Below are positions 26,099 to 35,787 of a stretch of 64,000 nucleotides of DNA, in pieces. The DNA lies in NCBI RefSeq assembly GCF_000007005.1, contig NC_002754.1; one strand, given 5' to 3'. Made by a program: the position numbers and the translations under genes. This DNA is from Saccharolobus solfataricus P2 (GTDB taxonomy: Archaea; Thermoproteota; Thermoprotei_A; Sulfolobales; Sulfolobaceae). Numbering within the stretch: the first letter of the stretch is position 1; each line of letters opens with the position of its first letter. The notes below the pieces were generated by a model that was given only the letters and a program-made list of their open reading frames with translations, was not told where the DNA came from and made no database searches.

Positions 26099-26701
26099 TT
26101 GTTAATCCTTTGCGTGAACCACAAGGTACAAATACCTGTAAAAGTAAAGTATAATATAATGGCTTACATAACTGATGACTTTGAGTTCTGGGCTTGGGTG
26201 AGTAGTGAGCCTAAAGTGATGAGGATGTTTAATGAATTGGAAAAAGCTTTCAAAAGATTTGAAGGTTCATTAATGTCTTTAGGTTATAATTACATATATC
26301 TAGATGTTTTTCCCTTTGATCAGAGAAGGATAACTGTTGTATTTGGTGAATACGAACCGCTACCCGTTGATGAGCTTGAGGGTAAGGAGGAAGAACGTGT
26401 CATGAAGGAACGTGAAAATTACTTTTCGATTACTTTTGATAATATTACTCCATCTCCGATAGAACAACCTACTTTGCTATCATATGAAGTGTATGCAATG
26501 TGGTGGCTCCATCACGAGGTTCCTGAGGAAAGTGATTTCGTTAATTTGGAAGGAATTGTTGAGAAGGGATTATTTCATTGCGTGAATGGAGACAAGCGAG
26601 AGGGTAAGTCTCAGACGAAATACCTCTTGGACTTAGGGGAATGCTATAATAATTTAATAAAAGTAGTGAATAAAAGGGACTTTAAATTCCCCTTAATGTA
26701 A
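26099..26701 (+). CDS. Hypothetical acidic protein (candidate immunity/antitoxin); start may be the ATG at 26159
   Basis: Open 200-codon frame with typical codon usage, 51 bp upstream of a co-oriented basic ORF; no family recognised. Confidence 0.6.
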   Translation: MLILCVNHKVQIPVKVKYNIMAYITDDFEFWAWVSSEPKVMRMFNELEKAFKRFEGSLMSLGYNYIYLDVFPFDQRRITVVFGEYEPLPVDELEGKEEERVMKERENYFSITFDNITPSPIEQPTLLSYEVYAMWWLHHEVPEESDFVNLEGIVEKGLFHCVNGDKREGKSQTKYLLDLGECYNNLIKVVNKRDFKFPLM

Positions 26702-26752
26702 AAGGGATATAATTTTCCAATAGATTTAAAATATGTTTCTTTTTAATCTTTA

Positions 26753-27172
26753 ATGATGTCTACTAGCGGATTTTATCAACGATCTAGGAGGGCAATAATT
26801 TATGAAACTGATTCTCTTTTCAGATATACGACTGAGGCTGAGTTAAAATTCGTAATCGAGAAAGGAGTAATTATGTCTTACAATCCAAAGGGTACATATT
26901 TGACAAATTTGTTTACTGATGACCCAAATGTTGCTGTGAAAATGTTAGCCCTATCTAAGCTTCCTCGATATAGAATTGGTCCCATTTCCATGAGTAAAAA
27001 GTTATTTTCTAAAGTTAAGTATGTAGGCATTGTGACGCCAAAAGGAAAAAGTAGGGGAGGAGCAAAGGAATACGTTTTTACTGATCCCATAATTATTGAT
27101 GTAGAGAACCTTTACGTTTACGACTTTAAAGATAGAAGAACATATACAATTCGTTTACCCTCTATTCATTGA
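26753..27172 (+). CDS. Hypothetical basic protein, putative ADP-ribosyltransferase/NAD-glycohydrolase-fold toxin
   Basis: Motif series LFRYT...GTYLT...LAL..LP.YRI...V.P....GGAKEY resembles ART/TNT-like polymorphic toxin domains (judged by eye). Confidence 0.5.
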   Translation: MMSTSGFYQRSRRAIIYETDSLFRYTTEAELKFVIEKGVIMSYNPKGTYLTNLFTDDPNVAVKMLALSKLPRYRIGPISMSKKLFSKVKYVGIVTPKGKSRGGAKEYVFTDPIIIDVENLYVYDFKDRRTYTIRLPSIH

Positions 27173-27222
27173 GACATTATTTGAAACAGTAAGAGGTTAA
27201 ATAGTTAAAATACGTAAGTTAA

Positions 27223-27839
27223 GGGCGATTCACGGATCCACTGCGATTTCAATTTGTTTCTCTAAAAATAGATAAGAATAATTGATTCTACATTTTCGGT
27301 AATACTAATAAGGGACGAGCGTTAGGTAATATCATGGACCTGTTAACTGCGAATGAGATAACCCTCTACGGCATTCAGCTAAAGGAGCTCATAGAGGGAC
27401 CCGGACAGAGCTTAACCCTCACACTCGCCCCCAAGATATTATCCGATGACGCATTATTAAACAAATCGGTCCAAGAGATCGAGAAGATGGCCTTGGAGGA
27501 GGCTGAGAAGAGGAGTCCCAACTACCGGAGGGGTAAGGAGGTGAAGAGGAAGGGTTACGCGAGGTACAGGTTCTTGAAGGGGTTTAAGATCATGTTAGAA
27601 GGGAGAGAAGTCATTTACAAGTTAGAGTGGATCTCGGTGGAGTTGCCCGTACTTTACGGGATTAAGGGAAGGGTGAAGACTCAAGTGGAGGAGACTTTGC
27701 TGAGGAAGGAGAGGAAGGTCTTCGCGACCTTGATGTTGGTCTATTCTGTGCTGGGAGGTAAGTTGAACGCAAAGCTCTGGATGCCTCAGATCGAAGTGAG
27801 TGGCAATTTCAAGTATGTAATAGTTGATGGGAAATGCGT
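27223..27839 (+). mobile_element. 5' fragment of an IS256-like (ISC1250/ISC1332-type) element
   Basis: Left end GGGCGATTCA; transposase ORF from 27334 truncated just after KYVIVDGK. Confidence 0.6.
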
Positions 27840-27919
27840 TAGTATTTTGGAAAAGTTCTTAAGACTATGATCTAGTGGTATATCCTTTGCCTAAAGCTAT
27901 AAACTTTCTGAAAGCACTA
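27840..27919 (-). mobile_element. 80-bp MITE (SM1-type), inverted
   Basis: Reverse complement of the 3837 copy with one extra base; GT on both flanks. Confidence 0.88.
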
Positions 27920-27921
27920 GT

Positions 27922-28360
27922 GTAGGTAGAAGAAGTACGGTCCGATTGACTCCATTATCCCTTCCTTATATTCGCCAAGGAATTTGATTAGTTCTTCTAT
28001 TCCCTCGTTGTCGTACTTGAATTCCCTCACCTCGTTGACCTCTACTTCCCTTTTCTCTTGCGTTATTACAAGTTCAGCTTTCGCTACCGTCAACTTGTCC
28101 CTTGAAACGTCTATTGCGAAACCCCTTGTCTTAATCTCACTTTCCATGATAGAATATTACTCGTGTATGCGAGATATTCTTTACTATCATAATACCACGT
28201 TTTTCTCGCATAATATTAACTACCTTCAGCCCCTAGAAAAATTTACTTGCGCACTCCTACTCGGGGTTTTGTCCCCTCTTGTTAGATCGTTCTAGGGGCT
28301 TCACAGCCAGCCTATTATCTGGGGTTTTTATCCCCATGTTGCGACTGGGCTTATGTTGTT
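27922..28360 (-). mobile_element. 5' fragment of an IS110-family element (ISC1190-like)
   Basis: ORF 27917-28147 has FAIDVSRD and IMES, the first two residues of the DEDD RuvC-like domain; truncated at the MITE. Confidence 0.7.
28228..28350 (-). ncRNA. Candidate IS110 bridge/seek RNA region
   Basis: Two tandem stem-loops, each enclosing a GGGG-N6/7-CCCC hairpin, about 80-200 nt upstream of the IS110 ATG. Confidence 0.35.
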
Positions 28361-28536
28361 TTTCTCCTTCCTTGCTTATTTGTTTTTCTCTTGTAATACT
28401 TGTTTTTACTAGTTCTCTAGTTTTGCGTGAATTCCCCGTAGAGATGCGAAGGAGAAATTAATATTTCCCAATACAAAATATAGAAGAACACTCGAATAAG
28501 TCTGAATAGTTAAGGATATGTATATTAAAAGAAAAC

Positions 28537-29971
28537 CAGTGGTGTTTCACCAAATTATTTCATATGAAAGATATAATATTAGCCCTTTCAAAAAGAGATT
28601 GATATAGAGAAAAACAATAAAATTATTATGAAACATAACATGTTAAGGTAATTTGCAAAAAATATAGCGTACAATTCTAATAATAAGAGGAGAATTCTGA
28701 ATTTTTCTCACGTGGTGAAAACGACGTGCATAGTCTCCTCTGAACACCGAGAAAGTTAGAGAAGCTTGACGAATGAATCGAAGGACAAACCCTTCTTACA
28801 CGTGGACTTGAAGTTAAAGAGAAGATGATTCACTAGATTCCACGCAGAATCCAGAACCGTGTAATAGAGGAACAAGAAGATCTTATTACTCAACTTCCTA
28901 ACATACCTTATCCTTGCCTTCCTAACCTTGAAACCCTCCTCAACCTGCCACCTCAACCTATAGAGTTCAGCCAGTTCATAGGGATCTCCCTCGAAGTTCG
29001 TCACGAACATAAAGTGCCTCGGCTTTCCCTTAACGTAAACCACATCGTAATAATAAAGCCCTTCAAATTTCAAGACCCTATACGCAACGTAAACCCTGTC
29101 CTTAACCTCGTATCTCTTCTCAACTAATGGAACGTTAGATAGTTCCTTGAATCCCTTCAAGTTCGACTTTCCTCTCACAATGGTCTTCACGGGCATTTCC
29201 TTGATGACCCCTAGGTTCAAGAATCCGGCGTCAGCTACAACGTAATCTATTTCCATGTATTGGCTTACTTCCATCACGCTCCTGAGTAGGAACTGTGATG
29301 GACTGTCGCTTCTCAAATCTGCTATCTCCACTAGGAGGGGTAACCTTAAGGGATATACGAGGTCCAAGGATCTCATCTTTATTCCTTTTCTCTTCCAGTT
29401 GTAGAGTAGAAAGCCCTCTGCTTTTTCTTGTTCCTTTTCTCCCACGGTTAATCCGGTCTCATCTACACTACGTTGATCTCTCCCTTTACTTCTCTGTAGA
29501 TTGGGTAGAACTTGAAGGTTCTCTGACCTTTACTAATTACTTTCTCGCCTTGTCTTACTACCTTCAAGTAGTATTTTCCTCTGTTTCCGGTTAGCAAGGA
29601 TGGTGCTGCTTTCACTATTTCCAAGTCTAGATCTTGAGAGATAACGTTAATATTGTTTGTTGCTAAAGTTATAGCGAGGGACTTCAGCTCCGTTTTGGAT
29701 ACTTGTATGGTTTGCATAACGGAGTTATGGAGTCCCTCGCTTTAACCTTTTCTTGTTCATCTCGTCCTTCCACCTACTCTCTCTCATTGATAATACTAGA
29801 CAAATGGTATTACTCTTTATATATAAACTCGTTTTCTGTTAGTTTCTTCAACAAATATGAAAATTTTTTGCTTCTTGTGTTGAAATAAGCCGATTTTTCT
29901 AACTCCGCTCTGATATTTTTCTCTTCCATAGAAATTGTATCATTTTGAGTAAAATTGGTGAAACACCACTG
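28537..29971 (-). mobile_element. 1435-bp IS (ISC1439-like), second copy
   Basis: Same TIRs, 9-bp TSD AAAGAAAAC, same frameshift as 21829-23263. Confidence 0.85.
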
Positions 29972-30091
29972 AAAGAAAACTTTATTTAACTTTTGGATTT
30001 GCCATTATATTGAAAGACCTAAACGCATTTTTAAATCCATTGATACTTAGACTATCAAGATTTTTTAAACCCTTTGATATTCTAAGTATCA

Positions 30092-31321
30092 ATGGAAGAA
30101 AACATTTGGTGGAGAGGGAAGGACTATATAGAGGAAGATGAAGATATTAAGAAGTGGAACTCTGCTAAATTTAAGTGGATTCCAAAGGAAATAAACAAGA
30201 TCTCTCTTCAACCCTTCTCCTTGAACTTTATCGTAGGCCCTAGACAAGTTGGAAAGACCACTCTGATAAAACTCCTAATTAAGAAGCTACTTGAGTCGAA
30301 TCACAACCCCTTATCAATATTCTACTGTAGTTGCGACCTCGTGTCCGATTACGAAGAACTATTGAAAAGGACAAGGGACTATCTAAAAATTAGGAAGCAG
30401 GAGGGCATTAAATCCTCATTCATTTTCCTTGATGAGGTCACTTTTGTTAAGGAGTGGTATAGAGCAGTAAAGCACTTAATTGATACCGGTGAACTAACAA
30501 GCGATGTAGTTACGGTTTCAGGTTCAAGTTCATTAACGATTCTAAAGCAGAAAGAGAGTTTTCCCGGTAGGAGGGGAAATGGAACTGATGTAATCTTGTA
30601 CCCTCTCAGCTTCTCTGGTTATATTAACGTAATTAATCCGAAAATTGAAGTCAGACCAGGTTGGTATAGTGAAATTGAAGAACTCTTTGAGAGTTATCTA
30701 AAGGTAGGAGGACTACCCCCGTCGATTAACGGTCTGTCTCCACTGAAAACATATACAGAGTGGATCATTTATGAGATAAATAGGGTAGGAAGAGATGAGA
30801 TGCTCGCTAAGCAGATACTTTCCGCAGTCCTCTCAACGACACCTAGTAAGGTGAGCTATAACTCAATTGCCAAAGAGATAGGAGTAAATCACAGAACTGT
30901 TGCGGAGTATATTAAGCTCTTTAATGATATGTTTTTGACCTTAACACTTCACTTCATAGATGTTAATACCGGTTACTATAACTACAGAAAGCAGATTAAG
31001 ATACACTTTGTAGACCCGCTGTTTTATGACGTAATGTCTACATGGACTGGAGTCAAGAGACCAGATGATCCAATAATCGTAGAGGGGATAGTTGCATCGC
31101 ATCTCTCGAGAATTTACAGCATAGGTTATACTGAGGTGGGGAAGGAGGAGATAGACGTCGTAACACTGCCAGAAGTTATCGGCTACGAAGTAAAATACAG
31201 AGAGAGGACAAAACAGGTAAAAGTTATTGCTGGAAAGATGAAGAAAGTGATCACATTATCAAAGCACGGAGAAAACGACACATTCCCGGTTCATTTATTC
31301 CTCGCCGAGTTAAATATATGA
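30092..31321 (+). CDS. AAA+ ATPase (AAA_14 / DUF4143 type)
   Basis: GPRQVGKT Walker A, FLDEV Walker B, KIHFVDP motif and C-terminal EIDVV...EVK. Confidence 0.85.
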   Translation: MEENIWWRGKDYIEEDEDIKKWNSAKFKWIPKEINKISLQPFSLNFIVGPRQVGKTTLIKLLIKKLLESNHNPLSIFYCSCDLVSDYEELLKRTRDYLKIRKQEGIKSSFIFLDEVTFVKEWYRAVKHLIDTGELTSDVVTVSGSSSLTILKQKESFPGRRGNGTDVILYPLSFSGYINVINPKIEVRPGWYSEIEELFESYLKVGGLPPSINGLSPLKTYTEWIIYEINRVGRDEMLAKQILSAVLSTTPSKVSYNSIAKEIGVNHRTVAEYIKLFNDMFLTLTLHFIDVNTGYYNYRKQIKIHFVDPLFYDVMSTWTGVKRPDDPIIVEGIVASHLSRIYSIGYTEVGKEEIDVVTLPEVIGYEVKYRERTKQVKVIAGKMKKVITLSKHGENDTFPVHLFLAELNI

Positions 31322-31423
31322 AAATCTTTTAAGAAATTTTCATTTACTTCGACTCTTTTTTAGTAATATTGACTTTTGTACAAATAATCAATTGTCAGAA
31401 AATCCGTCATTTGGAAATCGACT

Positions 31424-33034
31424 TCAGCAGTGACTAGTAATAAACTCCACAGCCTCTTTTATCGAGTCAACATAGTTTTCTATTTTTGCAAATCCGTGTC
31501 CCTCATCTTTGTATATCTTATATTTCACTTCTCTACCCAACTTTCTAAGTTCTTCAACTACTTGCAAAGTTTCCTCAGCTGGACATCTTGGGTCATTTTC
31601 ACCAGCTAAGAGAAGCAATGAAGTTTTTATCCTATCAATAAAGAATATAGGTGATCTATCCCTCAATAAATTTTCATCATTACCAACCTTTATTTCGTCA
31701 TATAGTTGAAGTATTTCCCTTTCAAGCTTCTTTTCGGTAAACCAATTAACAAAAGGTACTACAGCCACAGCCGAACACCAAAGGTCCGAGAACTTAGTAG
31801 TAGCCATCATGGTCAAATAGCCACCATAACTTGCACCAGTTATTGCAATCTTTTTAACTCCTAAGACCTTCACTGAATTTATAACATCTAACAACTCACC
31901 TCCTCCTGGGTCTTTATCGTTCAAATGGTTAAACCTCCTTCCATAACCTATAGATCCTCTGTAATTGGGACAAATAACCTTAAATCCTCTCTCCATAAAG
32001 AACTGAATTTCTGGGTTGAATGAGTTTACGCATTCCCAATCTGGACCTCCGTGAATATAAACTATACCCTTATCCTCACCACCTTTTTCATAGAGTAAGG
32101 CGTAAATCCTCAACCCATTGGAGTCGTAAGAGACAACCTTAGGTTTTATGAAATTCCCTTTAGCATCGTTCATTGAGTCAGTTAACCTCTCTACCTTTTT
32201 CCCATATCTGTATAGGTCTGCTGATCTATCATGTTTAGAGTTTACAAAATAAATATAATCTCCATCAACCTTTAAGGAGTAGGTAAAGCCTTCATTAACT
32301 ATCTCTTTTTCGTGAATTAAGACAAAGTTGCCGTGTCTATCCTCAACATAAGCGATAGAACCCTTATATGGAATAGCCTCAAAGATTTCGTAATCGCTTT
32401 CCCTTATTTTTCTGATCTCTCCCTTTAAAATATTAAACTCATAAACCTTAGATAAATCCTCGTGATTTGAGAGAAAGATGAATGATGAAGGAGAAGTAAA
32501 ACAATTCTCATTTGCAAGCTCTTGCTCTGAGTTTGGGATATTAATTACATTAATTTCATTACCACTGAGATCCATCACGTGAATGTTATTATCATAAATC
32601 CCAGTCGAGTAAACTATGTATTTGCCATTAAAACAGTAATTGTTTACCGGTCCTTCACCCTTGCTTAGCTTAATATATTTTCCTTCATTGTAGAGGTAAA
32701 GATGTAATGTCTTTTTATCATAGTTTGAGATTACTAGAATCCCTTCGTTTGTCTCGCGAGGAGATAAATTATCAAACTCATTATCAATAATTTTCTCTAT
32801 CTTCCCGTTATCGTAAAGGTAAATTTTCCTAATTTCACTACCGTTAGGGTCTACTGTGATAAACATTTTGTTTCTATTTATCCAGTCTACTTCTTTGGCA
32901 TATCCTTCGAGTTGGACTTTTTCCTTGTTGACGTAAAGGACGGGTTTTTCATCTCTTATAATTGTTGCTATTTTTCCGTTATATACGTCGTAATCGAGTA
33001 CAGGTTTTATCTTAAATAAATCTTCATATTTCAT
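31424..33034 (-). CDS. S9 family acylaminoacyl/prolyl oligopeptidase
   Basis: N-terminal beta-propeller-like region, HGGP, GASYGG nucleophile, GENDPRC and EGHGF catalytic triad motifs. Confidence 0.9.
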   Translation of the reverse strand: MKYEDLFKIKPVLDYDVYNGKIATIIRDEKPVLYVNKEKVQLEGYAKEVDWINRNKMFITVDPNGSEIRKIYLYDNGKIEKIIDNEFDNLSPRETNEGILVISNYDKKTLHLYLYNEGKYIKLSKGEGPVNNYCFNGKYIVYSTGIYDNNIHVMDLSGNEINVINIPNSEQELANENCFTSPSSFIFLSNHEDLSKVYEFNILKGEIRKIRESDYEIFEAIPYKGSIAYVEDRHGNFVLIHEKEIVNEGFTYSLKVDGDYIYFVNSKHDRSADLYRYGKKVERLTDSMNDAKGNFIKPKVVSYDSNGLRIYALLYEKGGEDKGIVYIHGGPDWECVNSFNPEIQFFMERGFKVICPNYRGSIGYGRRFNHLNDKDPGGGELLDVINSVKVLGVKKIAITGASYGGYLTMMATTKFSDLWCSAVAVVPFVNWFTEKKLEREILQLYDEIKVGNDENLLRDRSPIFFIDRIKTSLLLLAGENDPRCPAEETLQVVEELRKLGREVKYKIYKDEGHGFAKIENYVDSIKEAVEFITSHC

Positions 33035-33387
33035 AAATAATAAAAGAGGAGTAGAAATAAAAAGTTATTCAGATAGCAGGCCTCATATCACTAATCGCTC
33101 CCATTCGAGTTCATCAACAGAATATGGTATAAATTCCCCATATTAAATTATTATAGTAATTTTTATAATTATTGAAAAGAAGTTAAAGGATTAGTTCTAA
33201 CCTAAGATATTGAAAATGAATGAATTAATGAAGCAATAATATATATTTTGTATTAACAATTGTCATTTTCCTTATCGCGTTTACTGGGCACTACACACTT
33301 AGCTTCTGACAAATCTAAGTTTGCAACGGTGGGAAGAAAAAGACTATATTTCTTTGAGTCTCATTATTGTATGAAAATTTTTGACGA

Positions 33388-34615
33388 GAGAGTGTCCGGA
33401 ATGTAAAAAATTGAATTTTTATTGGCAAGAATAAATTGGTTTTTAGCATTATCTTGGATTAAATTGGAGTAACACTTAAGTTATGGGAGTAGAGGGTAGT
33501 ACCATGGCAAGAACATTAAGACACATACCAAACCTGATGTACTACCCTCTTCCCCCAATAGAGGATATGCCGTGGAGGGAAAAATGGTTAACGGAGATCA
33601 AGCCCGTGCTGGACGCCATGGATTTGGAGAGGGTTCTGGGCGAGGGCGCGCTGGTTTACTTGAAGTTGTTAATCGTCATGGTGCTCTACTCTTGCTCCTA
33701 TAGGGACGCGGTGAAAATGGTTAACGTGAACGTGGTCGTGGCCTGGTTCGTGGGGAGGAAGGTGGGGAAGAGCACGCTGCACGACTTCGTGGGCAGGTTG
33801 TACGGGGTGAGGAAGAAGTTGTTGGAGATTTCCTTCAAGCTTGAGGAGAAGTGCCTACCCAGTTACCTCCCTGCGAGCGCGCATCTCGTGGACTTCATGG
33901 CGTGGCTAGTGGACTCCTTCCTACTGGACTTACCTCCTGGGAAGAGGAGCGTGGAGACCTTTCGGGAGAAGGCGGAGCTGGAGAGGAGGGAAGGTAACCT
34001 GGAGAGGGCCAGGAAGCTGCTCTCCCTGGGGAGAACCAAGAGGAGGTTCGAGGGAAGGTGGACCAAGAAGAGAGGGGTCTCGCACTACGGGCTCAAGGCC
34101 ATAGCCGTGATCTCCGTCTCCCTCTTCGTGAGGTCCATCACGGTGAAGCCGGCCAACTTCTCGGACAAGAGGTTCAAGTCACCGCTCAAGGGGATTAAGA
34201 TCGCGGACAGGGGATTCTCTCCCTCCCCGACACAGCTCATAGCGCGGGAGAAGCCCTTCACTACCCTGAGGGCCCACGTGGAGTTCTTCGGCACCTACCT
34301 GAACGCGTTCTGGAGGCCCTACGGGACCACGACCTGGAGGAACGACGTCTTCCTTCACGTCCTGGGAGTGATCTACAACATCAAGATGTTCCTCGCGATC
34401 CAACGGAGGACTCCTCCAGGACGTAGAGCCGTTCAGCTCTGAGACGCGCCTCCTCGCGATCAAGCAACGCTATGCGCGATAGGTAAATCCTCTCGTCTTG
34501 ATATTTTTCCATTATAAAGTTTTTCTCGGTGATCCAGGTCCTACCCTTCTGGCAATATTAATATTTATCATTCTGTTTATCTATTCGTTCAGATAATTAC
34601 ATTCCGGACACTCTC
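33388..34615 (+). mobile_element. 1228-bp IS (ISC1234-like, IS5 family) with intact transposase at 33483-34442
   Basis: 19-bp perfect TIR GAGAGTGTCCGGAATGTAA, 4-bp TSD ACGA; LVDS, IADRGF and HVEF motifs. Confidence 0.8.
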
Positions 34616-34620
34616 ACGAA

Positions 34621-34726
34621 TTATACTTGCTTATAGTCTGAAGGGCAACAACATTTCTAAAATTACACAAGACCTTTCTGTATGATAGGAATAGAGTCTT
34701 GCCCTTTAAAGTCTCAGAAAGTATAA
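34621..34726 (+). mobile_element. 106-bp MITE-like element (TTATACTT termini)
   Basis: TIRs TTATACTTGCTTATAGTCTGAAGGGC / TTATACTTTCTGAGACTTTAAAGGGC; copy at 21254. Confidence 0.7.
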
Positions 34727-34796
34727 TAGAAGCTTTATGATTTATCTAAAACTTTTAACCACTGGCATAAGATAATACAGAATACCAAAGTGCACA

Positions 34797-34952
34797 CTTT
34801 TAATTCCTTTAGGAATTTATCATCATAGTTCAGCGGGACTGGCCTATCTTCATTAAATCCTTTCCAATTCCTTATATGGAGTTATTCATTTTTAAATTCA
34901 CATGCCGAATACTATAAAAAGTAGCTACTTTCAATCCATTTTAGGATTCATC
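34797..34952 (-). CRISPR. Degenerate mini-CRISPR: 3 repeat-like units, 2 spacers (38 and 40 nt)
   Basis: Units at 34797-34821, 34860-34887 and 34928-34952; the last is 22/25 identical to the large-array repeat; normal CRISPR spacing. Confidence 0.7.
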
Positions 34953-34996
34953 GGTGTGTCTTTATACTTCTGCCTTTCTTTTTTCCCGTTATTGTT
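34953..34996 (-). promoter_or_regulatory. Leader remnant of the mini-CRISPR
   Basis: GTGTCTTTATACTTCTGCCTTTCTTTT resembles GTGTTTTTATACTTCCTATTTTTCTTTT next to the first repeat of the large array. Confidence 0.55.
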
Positions 34997-35159
34997 GGGC
35001 GATTCAGGTCTCCTTTGCTAATTATAATTTGTAAACAATACGTTGTAAAAATGTTAATATTAATAATCATGCATCTTTGCCAGTTAATCATCTTTATTTA
35101 GTTAATTTCGTAGTAATCTTTAAAATAAAGTGAATTCGCAACGGATAACTGAATCGCCC
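34997..35159 (+). mobile_element. 163-bp MITE
   Basis: Perfect 11-bp TIR GGGCGATTCAG; related copies at 46816, 48365-49639 and ~62108-62264. Confidence 0.75.
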
Positions 35160-35787
35160 TCTGGATATAAAGGATGTATCATGTGACACCCATTACCAAT
35201 ATCTTAAGGATAATCGAATTTGCATTACGATATATTAAAAAAGTAGTTTCATAGCGCTTACTCTCATTTATTACCCTTAGTCTTCAATTAGACTGTTTCG
35301 TATGGGCAATTATACAAAAATTCTCTCATCTTAAGATTTTCTATGAATTTTCATAATATTGAAAGGATTTAGAGTGTGATGAAAAGGGATAGTTTGCTTG
35401 TTCTAGCTCGTGTTTCTCATATTCATTTAACTAACAAGTCTTTATGAGGATTCAGTTAAGCTTATAAGCTACGAACGGGCTAATAATAATGTGCCCCAAA
35501 ATGAATTGATATAAACGAGCGACTTTGTATCTATATTCAATATTATCTACCGCCCAATTTGTCCTACAATGAGTATTTTTTAGTCTTCTTTCACGGGATA
35601 AATTACGTCAGATAATGGATTAGAAAAATATTTAAATATCCAGCCAGACCATTCTATACTGGTGGATAAAAATGACTATAAGTACAAGATCGAGTTTGGT
35701 ATTAGATATAATTTTTCTGAAGCTAAATAAAGGTAAAGAGGAGAAGAAGAAGGTTAATCTACAATAAGGAACTGAGGGGTGAACCCT

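Noticed and set aside
31424-33034. S9 peptidase (and the alpha/beta hydrolase at 46107 and membrane protein at 47313) as CRISPR effectors
   Set aside because: No CARF or SAVED sensor domain, separate transcription units, and common housekeeping-type families
34752-34776. Possible fourth repeat of the mini-array
   Set aside because: Low identity and only a 45-bp period
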